A program made the position numbers and the translations under genes. A DNA stretch of 64,000 nucleotides from Gemmatimonadales bacterium. GTDB lineage: Bacteria > Gemmatimonadota > Gemmatimonadetes > Gemmatimonadales > GWC2-71-9. Below, one piece after another: positions 9,442-21,054 of this stretch. The DNA is taken from contig JBBCJC010000011.1 in the NCBI GenBank assembly GCA_037189525.1, positions 1 to 64,000 on the forward strand, given 5' to 3'. The notes under the pieces are model-generated. The model saw only the letters and a program-made list of their open reading frames with translations. It searched no databases and was not told the DNA's origin. Each line of letters opens with the position of its first letter. Position 1 is the stretch's first letter.

Positions 9442-10788
9442 ATGACCCCTCCGGACCAGGCGCGACCCGGTTACGCCGCGCGATTGGGCCTGTTCTCCGG
9501 CACCATGCTGGTGGTCGGTGGGATCATCGGCTCCGGCATCTTCCTGTCGCCCGCCGTGGTCGCCCAGCGCGTCGGGACCTCCGGCCTCACCCTCGCCGCC
9601 TGGGCGCTCGGTGCGCTGGTTGCGCTGATCGGCGCATTCGTCTACGCCGAGCTGGGGGCTCGCTTGCCGCGGACGGGCGGCACCTACGTCTATCTGCGGG
9701 ATGCGTACGGTCCTTTTCCCGCCTTCATGTACGGCTGGGCACTCTTTTTCATGATCGGGAGCGGCGCAATCGCCGCCGTGTCCATGACGAGCGCCAGCTA
9801 CGCCGCCTCACTGCTGGGTTGGAGCGAGGCCACGATTCGACCGACGGCAACCGTGATGGTCGTCCTTCTGGTGGCGCTCAACATCGCCGGGGTGAAAGTC
9901 GGCGCAATAACCGGGAATGTGCTCACGATCCTCAAGCTGGCGGCCATCGGCGCCCTCGTCCTTGCGGCCCTCGCACTTTCGCCGAAGTATCTCGATCAGC
10001 TGCCCGCCGTTGCCGCGCCACCGGCGGCGCCCGACGGGGTCGGAGCCGCGGTGCTCGCGATGGCTGCGGCACTGGTGCCCGTCCTGTTTGCTTTCGGCGG
10101 ATGGCAGCAGAGCAGCGCCGTCGCCGAGGAGTTGCGTGATCCGGCGCGGACGCTGCCGCGCGCACTGATCGGCGGGGTGCTGATCGTCGTCGCCGCGTAT
10201 CTGCTGGTCAATCTGGCCTATCTCCGCGCCTTGGGCGTTGGCGGCCTGGCCTCGAGCACGGCGCCCGCCGCCGACGCGATGGCGCTCTATCTCGGCCCCG
10301 CCGGCCGCACCGTGATTGCCGCCGGGATCCTGCTCTCGACCCTCGGCTTCAACTGCATGGTGATCCTGATGTCCGCGCGAGTTTCGCAAACCATGGCGGC
10401 CGACGGGCTCTCCGTGGCACGGATGGCCGAGTTGCATCCGGTGTTACGGACCCCGGTCGTGGCCCTGGTGGCGCAGGCGCTGGTCATCCTCGTGCTGATC
10501 GCTACCGGCAGCTACGGACAGCTGCTCGACTACGTCGTCTTTGCCGATTGGATCTTCTTCACGGCCACGGCGGCCACCATCTTCGTCTGGCGGGCGCGCG
10601 ATCGTCGCACCGAGGCGAGCAGCCCCGGTACTCTGGTGCCGCTGCATCCGCTGAGCACGCTGGTCTTCATCGCATGCGGCGTGTATGTGGTCATCGGGTC
10701 TGTCCTATCCAACCCGGGCAACGCGTTGCGCGGTGTGATCGCGTTTGCCATCGGGATTCCGGCCTACCTGTACTGGCGGAGGCGGTGA
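9442..10788 (+). CDS. APC-family amino acid permease
   Basis: IIGSGIF, YAELGA, GGTYVYL, FAFGGW; about 12 TM segments. Confidence 0.92.
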   Translation: MTPPDQARPGYAARLGLFSGTMLVVGGIIGSGIFLSPAVVAQRVGTSGLTLAAWALGALVALIGAFVYAELGARLPRTGGTYVYLRDAYGPFPAFMYGWALFFMIGSGAIAAVSMTSASYAASLLGWSEATIRPTATVMVVLLVALNIAGVKVGAITGNVLTILKLAAIGALVLAALALSPKYLDQLPAVAAPPAAPDGVGAAVLAMAAALVPVLFAFGGWQQSSAVAEELRDPARTLPRALIGGVLIVVAAYLLVNLAYLRALGVGGLASSTAPAADAMALYLGPAGRTVIAAGILLSTLGFNCMVILMSARVSQTMAADGLSVARMAELHPVLRTPVVALVAQALVILVLIATGSYGQLLDYVVFADWIFFTATAATIFVWRARDRRTEASSPGTLVPLHPLSTLVFIACGVYVVIGSVLSNPGNALRGVIAFAIGIPAYLYWRRR

Positions 10789-11098
10789 TACGGTCACAGG
10801 TCACAGCTTACATGCGGACTTTTCCGGCCGTTCGCGTTCATCGTGGTCCATCGCAGGGCCGGCGCGCTCGTGCTTGTCCCATCTCGTGGTGTCCGGGACA
10901 TGCGAGGCATGTTATCGGCACTCTCCGAGCCACTCAACGTCCGGCAACCGATCTTCGTATTGAGAGCAAGGAACCCAATTCACGTTCGATATCGAGGGCG
11001 GTCGGAGCGCCGTGGCCTTTCGAGGCCGGGTTTCCGGTTGTGGGGGGCGCGGACCCCCGTTGCTCGATACGGCTTTCCATTCACGATGAGGTTGCACG

Positions 11099-12520
11099 AT
11101 GATGCGTCGAACCCGTCAGGCGTTCGGGTGGCTGGTCCTGCTCCTAGTCTCGAGCGCCCCGATGCAGGCGCAGGGACGATTTGATCTCGAGAAAACGAAA
11201 ACGATTCTCACCGGCCTGGTACAGAAGACCCTCACCGAGAACGGGATTCCGTCGATGTCGATCGCGCTGGTCCGGGGCGACTCGATCGTCTGGAAGGCTG
11301 CGTTCGGCTACGCCAACGTCCGGACCAAGACGCTCGCCACGCCCGAGACGTACTACAGCACGGGGTCGTCGTTCAAGTCCGCCACGGCGACGGCGATCAT
11401 GCAGCTCGCTGAACAGGGCAAGATCCGGCTCGATGATCCGATCAATCGTTATCTCGGCGACCATCGGGTCATGGATCGGATCCAGAGCGAGAAGCCGGTG
11501 ACCTTCACCCACATTCTCTCGCACTGGTCCGGGCTCCGCAGTGGCGCCGAGATCAAACCGATCTGGGGTCGCACGCTGCCGAAGACGCTGGAAGAGATGA
11601 CCTCGTCGCTCTACTCGATCCGGCCGGTGGAGACCCGGTATGAGTACAACAACTTCGCCTACGGCATGGCCGGCCTCCTGGTGGAGAAGATCTCGGGCGT
11701 CGAATACGAGAAGTACATGGTCGAGAACATTCTCAAGCCGCTCGGCGTCAAGACGCCGCATCCGGTGTATCCGTCGCCCGACATGGTGGAGCTGCTGGCG
11801 CTGCCGTACAATGCCGGCGGTTCGCATGGCACGCCACGGCCCGAGCAACAGGTGCACTTCGACGTCTATCCGGCAGGTGACATCTACCTGACCGCCGAAG
11901 ACATGGCGCGATTCCTTGGTGCCCACCTCAACGGCGGAGTTTTCAACGGCAACCGGATCCTCTCGGAAGAGTCGATCAAGGCGATGCACGAGCCGCGGTT
12001 CGGCAGCAACTACGGATTTGGCTTCACGGTCACCAAGGACAGCGCCACGGGGCACACGCTGATCAACCACGGCGGTGCGATTCCCGGCCAGCGCGCGTTC
12101 ATGATCGGCGACGTCGATGCCCGGGTTGGCGTCTACTACATGACCAATTCCGATTTTCTGCCGGACAGTCCGACCCGCTATTCGGAACTGGTGGAAGCCG
12201 CGCTGCGGTTGCTGCGCGGCGAGGAACCGCTGCCGCGGGTCGAGAAGAAGGGAGTCGCAGTGGACGAGAAGGTCCTCGACCGTTATGTCGGCACCTACCA
12301 GCTCGAGAACACGACGATCGTGATCAGCCGGATCGGCAAGGCGCTCGTATTCCAGCAGGGCGAGAGCCCCGCCAAGTATGAATTGTTTGCCGAGACGCCG
12401 GTTCGCTTCTTCCGGCGGAACAGCAACGCCATCATCACGTTCGAGGGAGATGGTAACGCGATCGATCGCCTCATCGTGGGAACGGGTGATCAGCGGCGGA
12501 CTGCCACTCGTCGTCGGTAG
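11099..12520 (+). CDS. Serine hydrolase (class C beta-lactamase/PBP-like) with C-terminal DUF3471-like domain
   Basis: Signal peptide, SSFK (SxxK), YNN (YxN), HGG; LDRYVGTY tail domain. Confidence 0.88.
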   Translation: MMRRTRQAFGWLVLLLVSSAPMQAQGRFDLEKTKTILTGLVQKTLTENGIPSMSIALVRGDSIVWKAAFGYANVRTKTLATPETYYSTGSSFKSATATAIMQLAEQGKIRLDDPINRYLGDHRVMDRIQSEKPVTFTHILSHWSGLRSGAEIKPIWGRTLPKTLEEMTSSLYSIRPVETRYEYNNFAYGMAGLLVEKISGVEYEKYMVENILKPLGVKTPHPVYPSPDMVELLALPYNAGGSHGTPRPEQQVHFDVYPAGDIYLTAEDMARFLGAHLNGGVFNGNRILSEESIKAMHEPRFGSNYGFGFTVTKDSATGHTLINHGGAIPGQRAFMIGDVDARVGVYYMTNSDFLPDSPTRYSELVEAALRLLRGEEPLPRVEKKGVAVDEKVLDRYVGTYQLENTTIVISRIGKALVFQQGESPAKYELFAETPVRFFRRNSNAIITFEGDGNAIDRLIVGTGDQRRTATRRR

Positions 12521-12611
12521 TATCTATCAGCTCGGCGCCGGCTCGGGTCACTTGGGAATCAGATGTCCGACCGGCGCCCAGCGATATCCCGGGCGATCTG
12601 CCGCGAAGCCA

Positions 12612-12743
12612 TTGAGGGTGCGCCCTGGCAATCAATCCGTAGTGGTCCGGGTGGCCGTGAGATAAGATCAGGCCGAGAAGTGATGGAGACCCGTTGCCAA
12701 TCCCACCAATCTCAGGGGCACCGCGGTGGATACACGCTCGCAT
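12612..12743 (-). pseudogene. Remnant of an RNase J-like MBL-fold gene
   Basis: MRACIHRGAPEIGG joined almost directly to LILSHGHPDHYGL (HxHxDH); the rest is missing. Confidence 0.65.
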
Positions 12744-12968
12744 GTTCAGGTACCCCAGGTAGCGGATACGTCGGGTCGGACGTTTTGCGCTACGAAGTCA
12801 GTGCTTGGGCTCGCCTGAGGATTGCCGCGATATAGCCTGATCGCCTTGAGGTGGCCTTCGGATGCATCCGCCCCATTGTATCGGCAGTCAATGTACTGCG
12901 CCAGTGTGACACGCGTGGTATACTGGTCAGGCCCGAGGCCTTTGAAGTGCCGCCTGTTTTGCTGGCCC

Positions 12969-13268
12969 TCAGGCTGAGGCGACGAATTCGCGGATGCGCT
13001 GCACCAGTTCCCGAATGTAGGCCATTTCCCTTCCGCTCGGTGCGCCCCCAAAATGCCGCCACCGCCGCTGCTCGAAGAACAGGCACGCTCGTGCGTTGGT
13101 GAGCGAATCATGCCGGCATTCGTTGGCGATCGCGGCGCACGCTTCGAACGAACCCAGTCGCTCGTAGCCGTTGAACGTCAAAGCGAAGCGACCGATCTCC
13201 CCCCAGCGGGCAGTCGGCTCGGGAATGTCATCGAGCGTCAAGTCCTCGTTGGTGATTTCCTGGACCAT
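12969..13268 (-). CDS. Hypothetical protein (99 aa)
   Basis: ATG 5 nt after the upstream stop; globular-looking FALTFNGYE / RACLFFEQRRWRH. Confidence 0.7.
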   Translation of the reverse strand: MVQEITNEDLTLDDIPEPTARWGEIGRFALTFNGYERLGSFEACAAIANECRHDSLTNARACLFFEQRRWRHFGGAPSGREMAYIRELVQRIREFVASA

Positions 13269-13273
13269 TGTCC

Positions 13274-14465
13274 CTACCTGCTGCGATCGGGAACGATGTA
13301 CAGGACCACGACATGCTCTTCGCCCTCCTCGTCGGTTGCGACGCAAAGGAGGCGGTTGCCATCGCGGTCGAGCAGCCGGTGATCTGCCGGGAGGTCCACG
13401 ATGAACCGCATCGTCCCATCCGCCTCAAAGGCGGCCCAGCGATCGGGATCGTACCAGGTGGGCTGCATCGGGTTGGGGTTGGGCGGCAGCAACTCGGCCG
13501 GGATCCGTTTGCCAGGTGCGGAGAGCTGAGCCCACACCGTTCCCGTGGCGTCCGTCTGGATCCGATGGACCGGCTGCTTTCGTTCAGGGAGCGAACCGAG
13601 CGGTTTACCCAGCAACCGGTTCAGCTGGTCGACGACCGCCTGCATGTCCGCTCGCTCGTCTGCCCCGTACTCCGGAGGCAACCCCGGCCACTCGGCGACG
13701 AGCACGGTGCCGTCCGGCGCGATACGCGTCATTCGATTCGGCCCCGGTACGGTGGTCAGCACGGAGCTATCGGAGCCGACGGTTCGGATGCGTCCAGGGG
13801 TGATGCCGTCGGGGGTCGGTTCCGTCAGGAGTTGGGCTGGCGGGTGTACCGTGTCTCGTACGGCGCCGGTCGAATCGAAGTGAAACCACCCGAACCGGCC
13901 CACGCGGGTCGGCGTATTCGGTTCGAAGAGCGCCGTGATGTACCAGCCGCCATGTCGGTCGGGGGTGACGACCCACCCCGTCGCGACTTCCGGGGGGGAG
14001 TGTCAGGGTCGCCAGCACCTCTCCGCTTGACGCGAAGCGCACGGCGCGGGTGGTGCGCATCTCCTTGGCCAGCATCGACCGGTTGGCGAGTCGGAAGATC
14101 TGCAATGGTGCGCGATACTCACCCGGGCCGGCGCCCTGCCGTCCCGCCTGTCCGATCTGCGCGCCGAGCGAGTCGAGCAGGACGATTCGGGCGCCATTAC
14201 GCGCGGCGCCGTCGAACAGCCAGATGGTCCCGTCGGGCCCGAAGGCGCCGGCATCGATGCGGCCAAGGTCGGCGGCCGACGCGCCGATACGCAGCACCTC
14301 CTCCAGTCCTACGGGTCCCTCCGTTCCCTCGGCGGGCGACGAGACGAAGGTGGTGTCGCCCGCACTCCGGCGCGAAACGCCACTATCCGTGCCCGCGCTG
14401 CTGCATGCCTGCGTCAGAGCTGCCGCGACTACAATGCTGAAGAGTCGCCCCGCCGTCCTCGTCAT
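13274..14465 (-). pseudogene. Beta-propeller (6-bladed/TolB-like) lipoprotein, frameshifted in a G7 run
   Basis: Lipobox LTQAC, GRQGAGPGEY. Removing one G at 13992-13998 joins ORFs 13767-14465 and 13274-13903 (TLTLPPEVATGWVVTPD...). Confidence 0.8.
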
Positions 14466-14577
14466 GTCAGGTGCTTCCGCCTCCCGGCACGGGAACTAGC
14501 CGCCGATTCTTGTGCCAGCCCGCCCCGAGTCAATACGAAACGACTGCTCTCCTCGCCCGGCCGTCGGCTCGGGAAGG

Positions 14578-15321
14578 TCATCGAGCTTCAGGTCCGTTCT
14601 GAGCCGAAATAGTCGCCTCGCTTGGCTGCTTGACGCCAACGATCAGGAGCCAGAGGCAGGTGCCGATCTCTCCTAACCCGGAGGGCAATGACATCAGGCT
14701 TGCGATACCGCTCTGCCCATAGTCGCGCGAAAAGGATTGCCCCAGCACGTTCACCAGATAGCCGAAACACCCAGCCATCAGCAGAACACCCAATATGCGT
14801 GGGAGAAAGCCGGACCTGAATACGAGATAGCCGAACGGCAGCAACCAGAGCCCCCAGAAGATCTCCGAGGCCAGGAGCCCGTTGCCGTAGGCATCCAGCG
14901 ACAGCATTACCTGCGCATTCAGGTGCTCATTCGTGAACGCACGCAAGTAGTCTGCCCCACTCAGCAGCGACAGAACGTTGAGTTTGTTGAGCAGGTTGAC
15001 GAGCGAGATCGGGACGCTGACCACCGCGAATGCCACCATGAATACCGCGGCGCCTGCGTGGACGTGGCTGAGCAGCCTGTACAAGGCAAAGGGCAGCAAC
15101 AGGAACGTCGTGTAGCAGACCAAGCCAGCGACGATGCCCAATCGAAACAGTTGCTCCGATGCCACGATATTCCGGACCGTCGCCGACGGGTCGCCCTGCA
15201 CGGTGATCTGTGATGGAACGTAAAGAAGACTGAAGCCCCCGGTTACCACGACGATCAGGTACAGCAGGCCCGCCGTTCTCGCGATCGTCTTCCTTGTGTC
15301 TCGGTTCACTGTCATTGTCAT
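14578..15321 (-). CDS. DUF4386-like membrane protein
   Basis: ARTAGLLYL, IFWGLWLLPFGYLVFRSGFLPRILG, GEIGTCLWLLIVG. Confidence 0.82.
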   Translation of the reverse strand: MTMTVNRDTRKTIARTAGLLYLIVVVTGGFSLLYVPSQITVQGDPSATVRNIVASEQLFRLGIVAGLVCYTTFLLLPFALYRLLSHVHAGAAVFMVAFAVVSVPISLVNLLNKLNVLSLLSGADYLRAFTNEHLNAQVMLSLDAYGNGLLASEIFWGLWLLPFGYLVFRSGFLPRILGVLLMAGCFGYLVNVLGQSFSRDYGQSGIASLMSLPSGLGEIGTCLWLLIVGVKQPSEATISAQNGPEAR

Positions 15322-15390
15322 GACGTTCCTTCGAGCCGCGCAGGGCGATGGATGCGGCTTGCTATTCCGATGCGCGCGGAGGCTGGATAC

Positions 15391-15428
15391 GTAGAGGGGC
15401 GGGAGAGTGTCCTCTTCCGCCCCTCTGC
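15391..15428 (-). terminator. Hairpin downstream of gyrB
   Basis: GTAGAGGGGCGGGAGAG / CTCTTCCGCCCCTCTGC, 4-nt loop. Confidence 0.7.
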
Positions 15429-15449
15429 TACCTCATCCGCCGATCAGCA

Positions 15450-17501
<2,052 letters not shown>

Positions 17502-17667
17502 TTAATGGGGTCAGGCCCTATTTCAGAGTCCGGAGACCGACCGATTTCGGCCCGGTGCGTGGTCCCGAACGCCCCGGCGCGATTACTTTCGAACCGACTG
17601 GTTACGACACCCCCGCGTGGGAGGCAGCATTGCCCGCGCGGCTTCACACTCTCGTGAGCGATCCGTT

Positions 17668-18249
17668 ATGGAAGAAGCGACCCCCCAGGGCCAGAAGTCC
17701 GGTCCGCCCGAGATGATTGCCGATCGGCTGTTCAAGGCGCGGACGGTGATTATCGCCGGAGAAATCAATCAGCGCGTGGCCGCATCGGTGGCGTCCCAAC
17801 TCCTGGCCCTCTCGGCCGAGTCGTCGGACGACATCACCATCTTCGTGAGCAGCCCGGGCGGCCATGTCGAGTCGGGGGACATGATCCACGACATGATCCG
17901 CTTCATCACCCCGCGGGTCCGGATGGTCGGGTCCGGCTGGGTGGCCAGCGCCGGGGCCCTGATCTACGTGGCGGTGCCCCGCGAGGACCGTTTCTGTCTG
18001 CCCAACACCCGGTTCCTGCTGCACCAGCCGTCGGGTGGCGCCGGCGGGGCCGCGTCGGACATCGAGATCGAAGCCCGGGAAATCATCCGGATGCGCGACC
18101 GGCTCAATCGGGTCTTTGCTCGGCAGACCGGCCAGCCGCTCGACCGGATCGAAGAGGACACCCACCGGAACTTCTGGCTCTCTGCGGAGGAAGCGATCGC
18201 CTACGGGCTGGTCGGACAGATCGTGGAGGATCAGGGCCAGGTCAAGTAA
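17668..18249 (+). CDS. clpP: ATP-dependent Clp protease proteolytic subunit
   Basis: SSPGG, VASAG (Ser), LHQPSGG (His), [11 protein letters not shown]. Confidence 0.93.
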   Translation: MEEATPQGQKSGPPEMIADRLFKARTVIIAGEINQRVAASVASQLLALSAESSDDITIFVSSPGGHVESGDMIHDMIRFITPRVRMVGSGWVASAGALIYVAVPREDRFCLPNTRFLLHQPSGGAGGAASDIEIEAREIIRMRDRLNRVFARQTGQPLDRIEEDTHRNFWLSAEEAIAYGLVGQIVEDQGQVK

Positions 18250-18262
18250 CCTGCTCCAAGTC

Positions 18263-18308
18263 AAAAACGACGGGCGGCCACCGCGATCGGGTGGCCGCCT
18301 GTTTTCGT
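18263..18308. terminator. Bidirectional intrinsic terminator between clpP and msrB
   Basis: A-run, ACGGGCGGCCACC / GGTGGCCGCCTGT stem, T-run. Confidence 0.75.
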
Positions 18309-18713
18309 TCAGGCCCGGTCGAAGTCGAGCGAGGCGGAGTTGATGCAGTAGCGGAGACCAGTCGGTCGCGGCCCATCGGGAAAGAGATGGCCGAGATGAC
18401 TGCCACATTTGGCGCAGTGGACCTCGACCCGCCGCATCCCTAAGCTGGTGTCGACCTGCTCCTCGACCGCGTCCTTGGCGACCACGTTGCTGAAGCTGGG
18501 CCAGCCGGTTCCCGAATCGAACTTGGTGTCCGAGGCAAAGAGCGCCGCGCCACATCCCTTGCAGCGGTAGGTGCCCTCGCCATGCTCGTCCCAGTAGGCA
18601 CCGGTAAAGGCCCGCTCGGTGCCGCGCTCCCGCAGGATCCGGTACTGGTCCGGCGTCAGCTCCGCACGCCACTCGGCGTCGGTTTTGATCACTTTCTCGT
18701 TGGTCTCACTCAT
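18309..18713 (-). CDS. msrB: Peptide-methionine (R)-S-oxide reductase
   Basis: [14 protein letters not shown], two Cxx[17 protein letters not shown]. Confidence 0.96.
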   Translation of the reverse strand: MSETNEKVIKTDAEWRAELTPDQYRILRERGTERAFTGAYWDEHGEGTYRCKGCGAALFASDTKFDSGTGWPSFSNVVAKDAVEEQVDTSLGMRRVEVHCAKCGSHLGHLFPDGPRPTGLRYCINSASLDFDRA

Positions 18714-19051
18714 CGGTTCTCCTCACCAGAATCAGCAGGTACTGCGGCGCGCGAGCCGACCAGGCAGCGAAGTCCCTTGATCTTGCCGGTGCGCCCTTCG
18801 TTGAGCCGTTCCAGAATGCGCGGCGCCATCAGCGAAAGCTCCGCGGCCCACGGGGAGGTCCGAACCCGGACCCACAGGATCCCGTCGGCCGTGACCGCTT
18901 CGGCCCGCGCATTGGCGGCCACCCGGTCGCCCACGATTTCGGCCCAGCGCTCGACCGCGCCGGCCAGATCGAGCCGTTTGGTCAGCCCCGACTTGCTCAG
19001 GTACTGGCCGACCAGTTCGCCCAGAGGCGCGGGACGCTGACGCGAACTCAT
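18710..19051 (-). CDS. dciA: DciA/DUF721 family protein
   Basis: WAEIVG...WAAELS pattern; coupled to the recF stop. Confidence 0.82.
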   Translation of the reverse strand: MSSRQRPAPLGELVGQYLSKSGLTKRLDLAGAVERWAEIVGDRVAANARAEAVTADGILWVRVRTSPWAAELSLMAPRILERLNEGRTGKIKGLRCLVGSRAAVPADSGEENR

Positions 19052-20142
19052 GCGGCGCGGCGCTCCGACAGCCGGACCACGCGACCGGCCTCGATCTCGA
19101 CGATGGGAAGCCCGAGGCCATCGGGCAGTTCGTCGAGCCGCGGTGCCGAGACGAAGACCTGTCCTCCGGGCCGAGTCAGGCGCGCCGCCAGCCGCTCCTG
19201 CCGTCCGCGATCGAGCTCGGCAAAGACGTCATCGAGCAGCAGGGCGGGGGGCTGGCCGTGCGCAGCTGCCAGGGTGTCGCGCTCGCAGAGCTTGAGGGCA
19301 ATCGCTGCGGTCCGCTGCTGGCCGGTCGACCCGGCCACCCGGAGCGGATGGCCGTCCAGCTCGAAGATCAGATCGTCGCGATGCGGACCGAGCGAGGTGG
19401 CCCCCAGGGCCCGGTCCCGGGCGCGTTGCGCCTGGAGCAGCGGCGCCCAAGCCTCGACCTCCGCCAGCTCGGCACGGCCGCGGTAGCGCAGCGTTACCGG
19501 CATCGGTTCGCCCAGTTCATCGCACGCGCCGGTCCACTCGGCGGCGAAGCGTTCGACCCAGTCGAGCCGTTCGCGAATCACCACCGCGCCGTAGCGGGCC
19601 ACCAGCGGGTCGAAGGCCCAGGCGGCGTCCGGCTCGTGTTTGCGGAGCGCCGCGTTGCGCTGCTCCACCGCGGTCCGGTAGCGGCGCAGTGCCGTCAGGT
19701 ACGCAGTGCTGGACAGCGCCAGGACGCGGTCCAGGAACTGGCGTCGCTCCGAGGCGCCGCCCGCTACCAGTCCCACGTCGGTCGGCAGAAAGGCCACCGC
19801 GAGCCAGAGGCCCAGGGCGTCGACCATCCGTTCGGGCACCGCGCCGTCGACGGCAATCCGTTTACGGCGACCGGTGGTGGCAAAGCCGGCTTCGATGGTG
19901 TGGCTCCCGCTCTGTCGCTCGAGGTGGAGCCGGCCATGGAAGGCCGGCGCCCCATGGCGGACCAGATCCTGGTCGCGGACGCCGCGGAGACTCCGGAAGA
20001 GAACCGGGTAGTAGATCAGTTCGAGCAGATTGGTCTTGCCATGGCCGTTGGGACCCAGCAGTACGGCCCCCTCGCCGGGCAATTCCAGGTCGAGGCGCTC
20101 CAGGTTACGGAAATCGGTCGCCTCGACCCGGGTCGCACGCAT
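19048..20142 (-). CDS. recF: DNA replication/repair protein RecF
   Basis: FRN, GPNGHGKTNLLE, RRQFLD, GPHRDDL, STGQQR, LLLDDVFAELD. Confidence 0.95.
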   Translation of the reverse strand: MRATRVEATDFRNLERLDLELPGEGAVLLGPNGHGKTNLLELIYYPVLFRSLRGVRDQDLVRHGAPAFHGRLHLERQSGSHTIEAGFATTGRRKRIAVDGAVPERMVDALGLWLAVAFLPTDVGLVAGGASERRQFLDRVLALSSTAYLTALRRYRTAVEQRNAALRKHEPDAAWAFDPLVARYGAVVIRERLDWVERFAAEWTGACDELGEPMPVTLRYRGRAELAEVEAWAPLLQAQRARDRALGATSLGPHRDDLIFELDGHPLRVAGSTGQQRTAAIALKLCERDTLAAAHGQPPALLLDDVFAELDRGRQERLAARLTRPGGQVFVSAPRLDELPDGLGLPIVEIEAGRVVRLSERRAA

Positions 20143-20160
20143 ACTGCGAAGATAGTCGGG

Positions 20161-20955
20161 TCAGCGCCCCGTGAAGTTGGGGGCGCGTTTGGCCAGAAAT
20201 GCGGCAGCGCCCTCCTGGGCGTCTTCGGTCGCGAAGAGGCTGCCGAAGTGGCTCGACTCGAGACTCAGCGCGTCATCGGTCTGGAGCCCTTCCTGGAGAT
20301 TGGCCAGCTCGATGCAGGCGGCCACCGCCAGCGGCGCGTTGACCAGGATGGCCTTGGCAATCTTCTCCGCCTCCGCCAGCAGTTGGTCGGCCGGGTAGAC
20401 CCGGTTGACCAGGCCGATCCGATCGGCCTCGCGGGCGTCGATCATCCCGCCGGTCGTCAAGAGTTCCAGCGCGCGCCCCTTGCCCACCAGGCGGGCCAGG
20501 CGGACGGTGCCGCCGTAGCCCGGCGGAATGCCGAGTTTCACCTCGGGCTGGCCGAACTTGGCGTTCTCGCTGGCAATCCGGATGTGACACGCCATGGCCA
20601 GTTCGCAACCGCCGCCCAGGGCAAACCCGTTGACGGCGGCAATGTACGGCTTGGCGCTGGTCTCGATGCTCCGGAAGATGCCGGAGCCCTTGGTCGAGAG
20701 CCGGCGGGCGGCCACGCCCTTGAGATTCTGAAATTCGCTGATGTCGGCTCCGGCCACGAAGGCCTTGGGGCCGGCACCGGTGAGGATGGCGGCGCGGATG
20801 TCGGAGGATTGGCGCACCAGATCCACCGCCTTGCCCAGTTCATCGATCACCTGGGCATTCAGCGCATTGAGTTTGTCGGGACGGTTGATGGTGATGAACG
20901 CGATGCCATCGCGCGGCTCGAAGAGCAGGGTCGAGAAGGTGCTCATGGGCGTCAT
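20161..20955 (-). CDS. Enoyl-CoA hydratase (crotonase)
   Basis: NRPDKLNAL, AFVAGADI, ALGGGCELA, FGQPEVKLG. Confidence 0.92.
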   Translation of the reverse strand: MTPMSTFSTLLFEPRDGIAFITINRPDKLNALNAQVIDELGKAVDLVRQSSDIRAAILTGAGPKAFVAGADISEFQNLKGVAARRLSTKGSGIFRSIETSAKPYIAAVNGFALGGGCELAMACHIRIASENAKFGQPEVKLGIPPGYGGTVRLARLVGKGRALELLTTGGMIDAREADRIGLVNRVYPADQLLAEAEKIAKAILVNAPLAVAACIELANLQEGLQTDDALSLESSHFGSLFATEDAQEGAAAFLAKRAPNFTGR

Positions 20956-21054
20956 CGTCGGGGTAAAGGGAGAGTCCAGGCAGTGTCTGTGCTATCATAG
21001 TTTAGCGGCTGCCGGGCCGATTCCCTACACCTCTGACTTTCGCTCCGAGCTGAC

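Noticed and set aside
11099..12520. Antibiotic-resistance beta-lactamase
   Set aside because: SxxK/YxN/HGG with a DUF3471-like tail fits the broad esterase/peptidase group; resistance cannot be inferred
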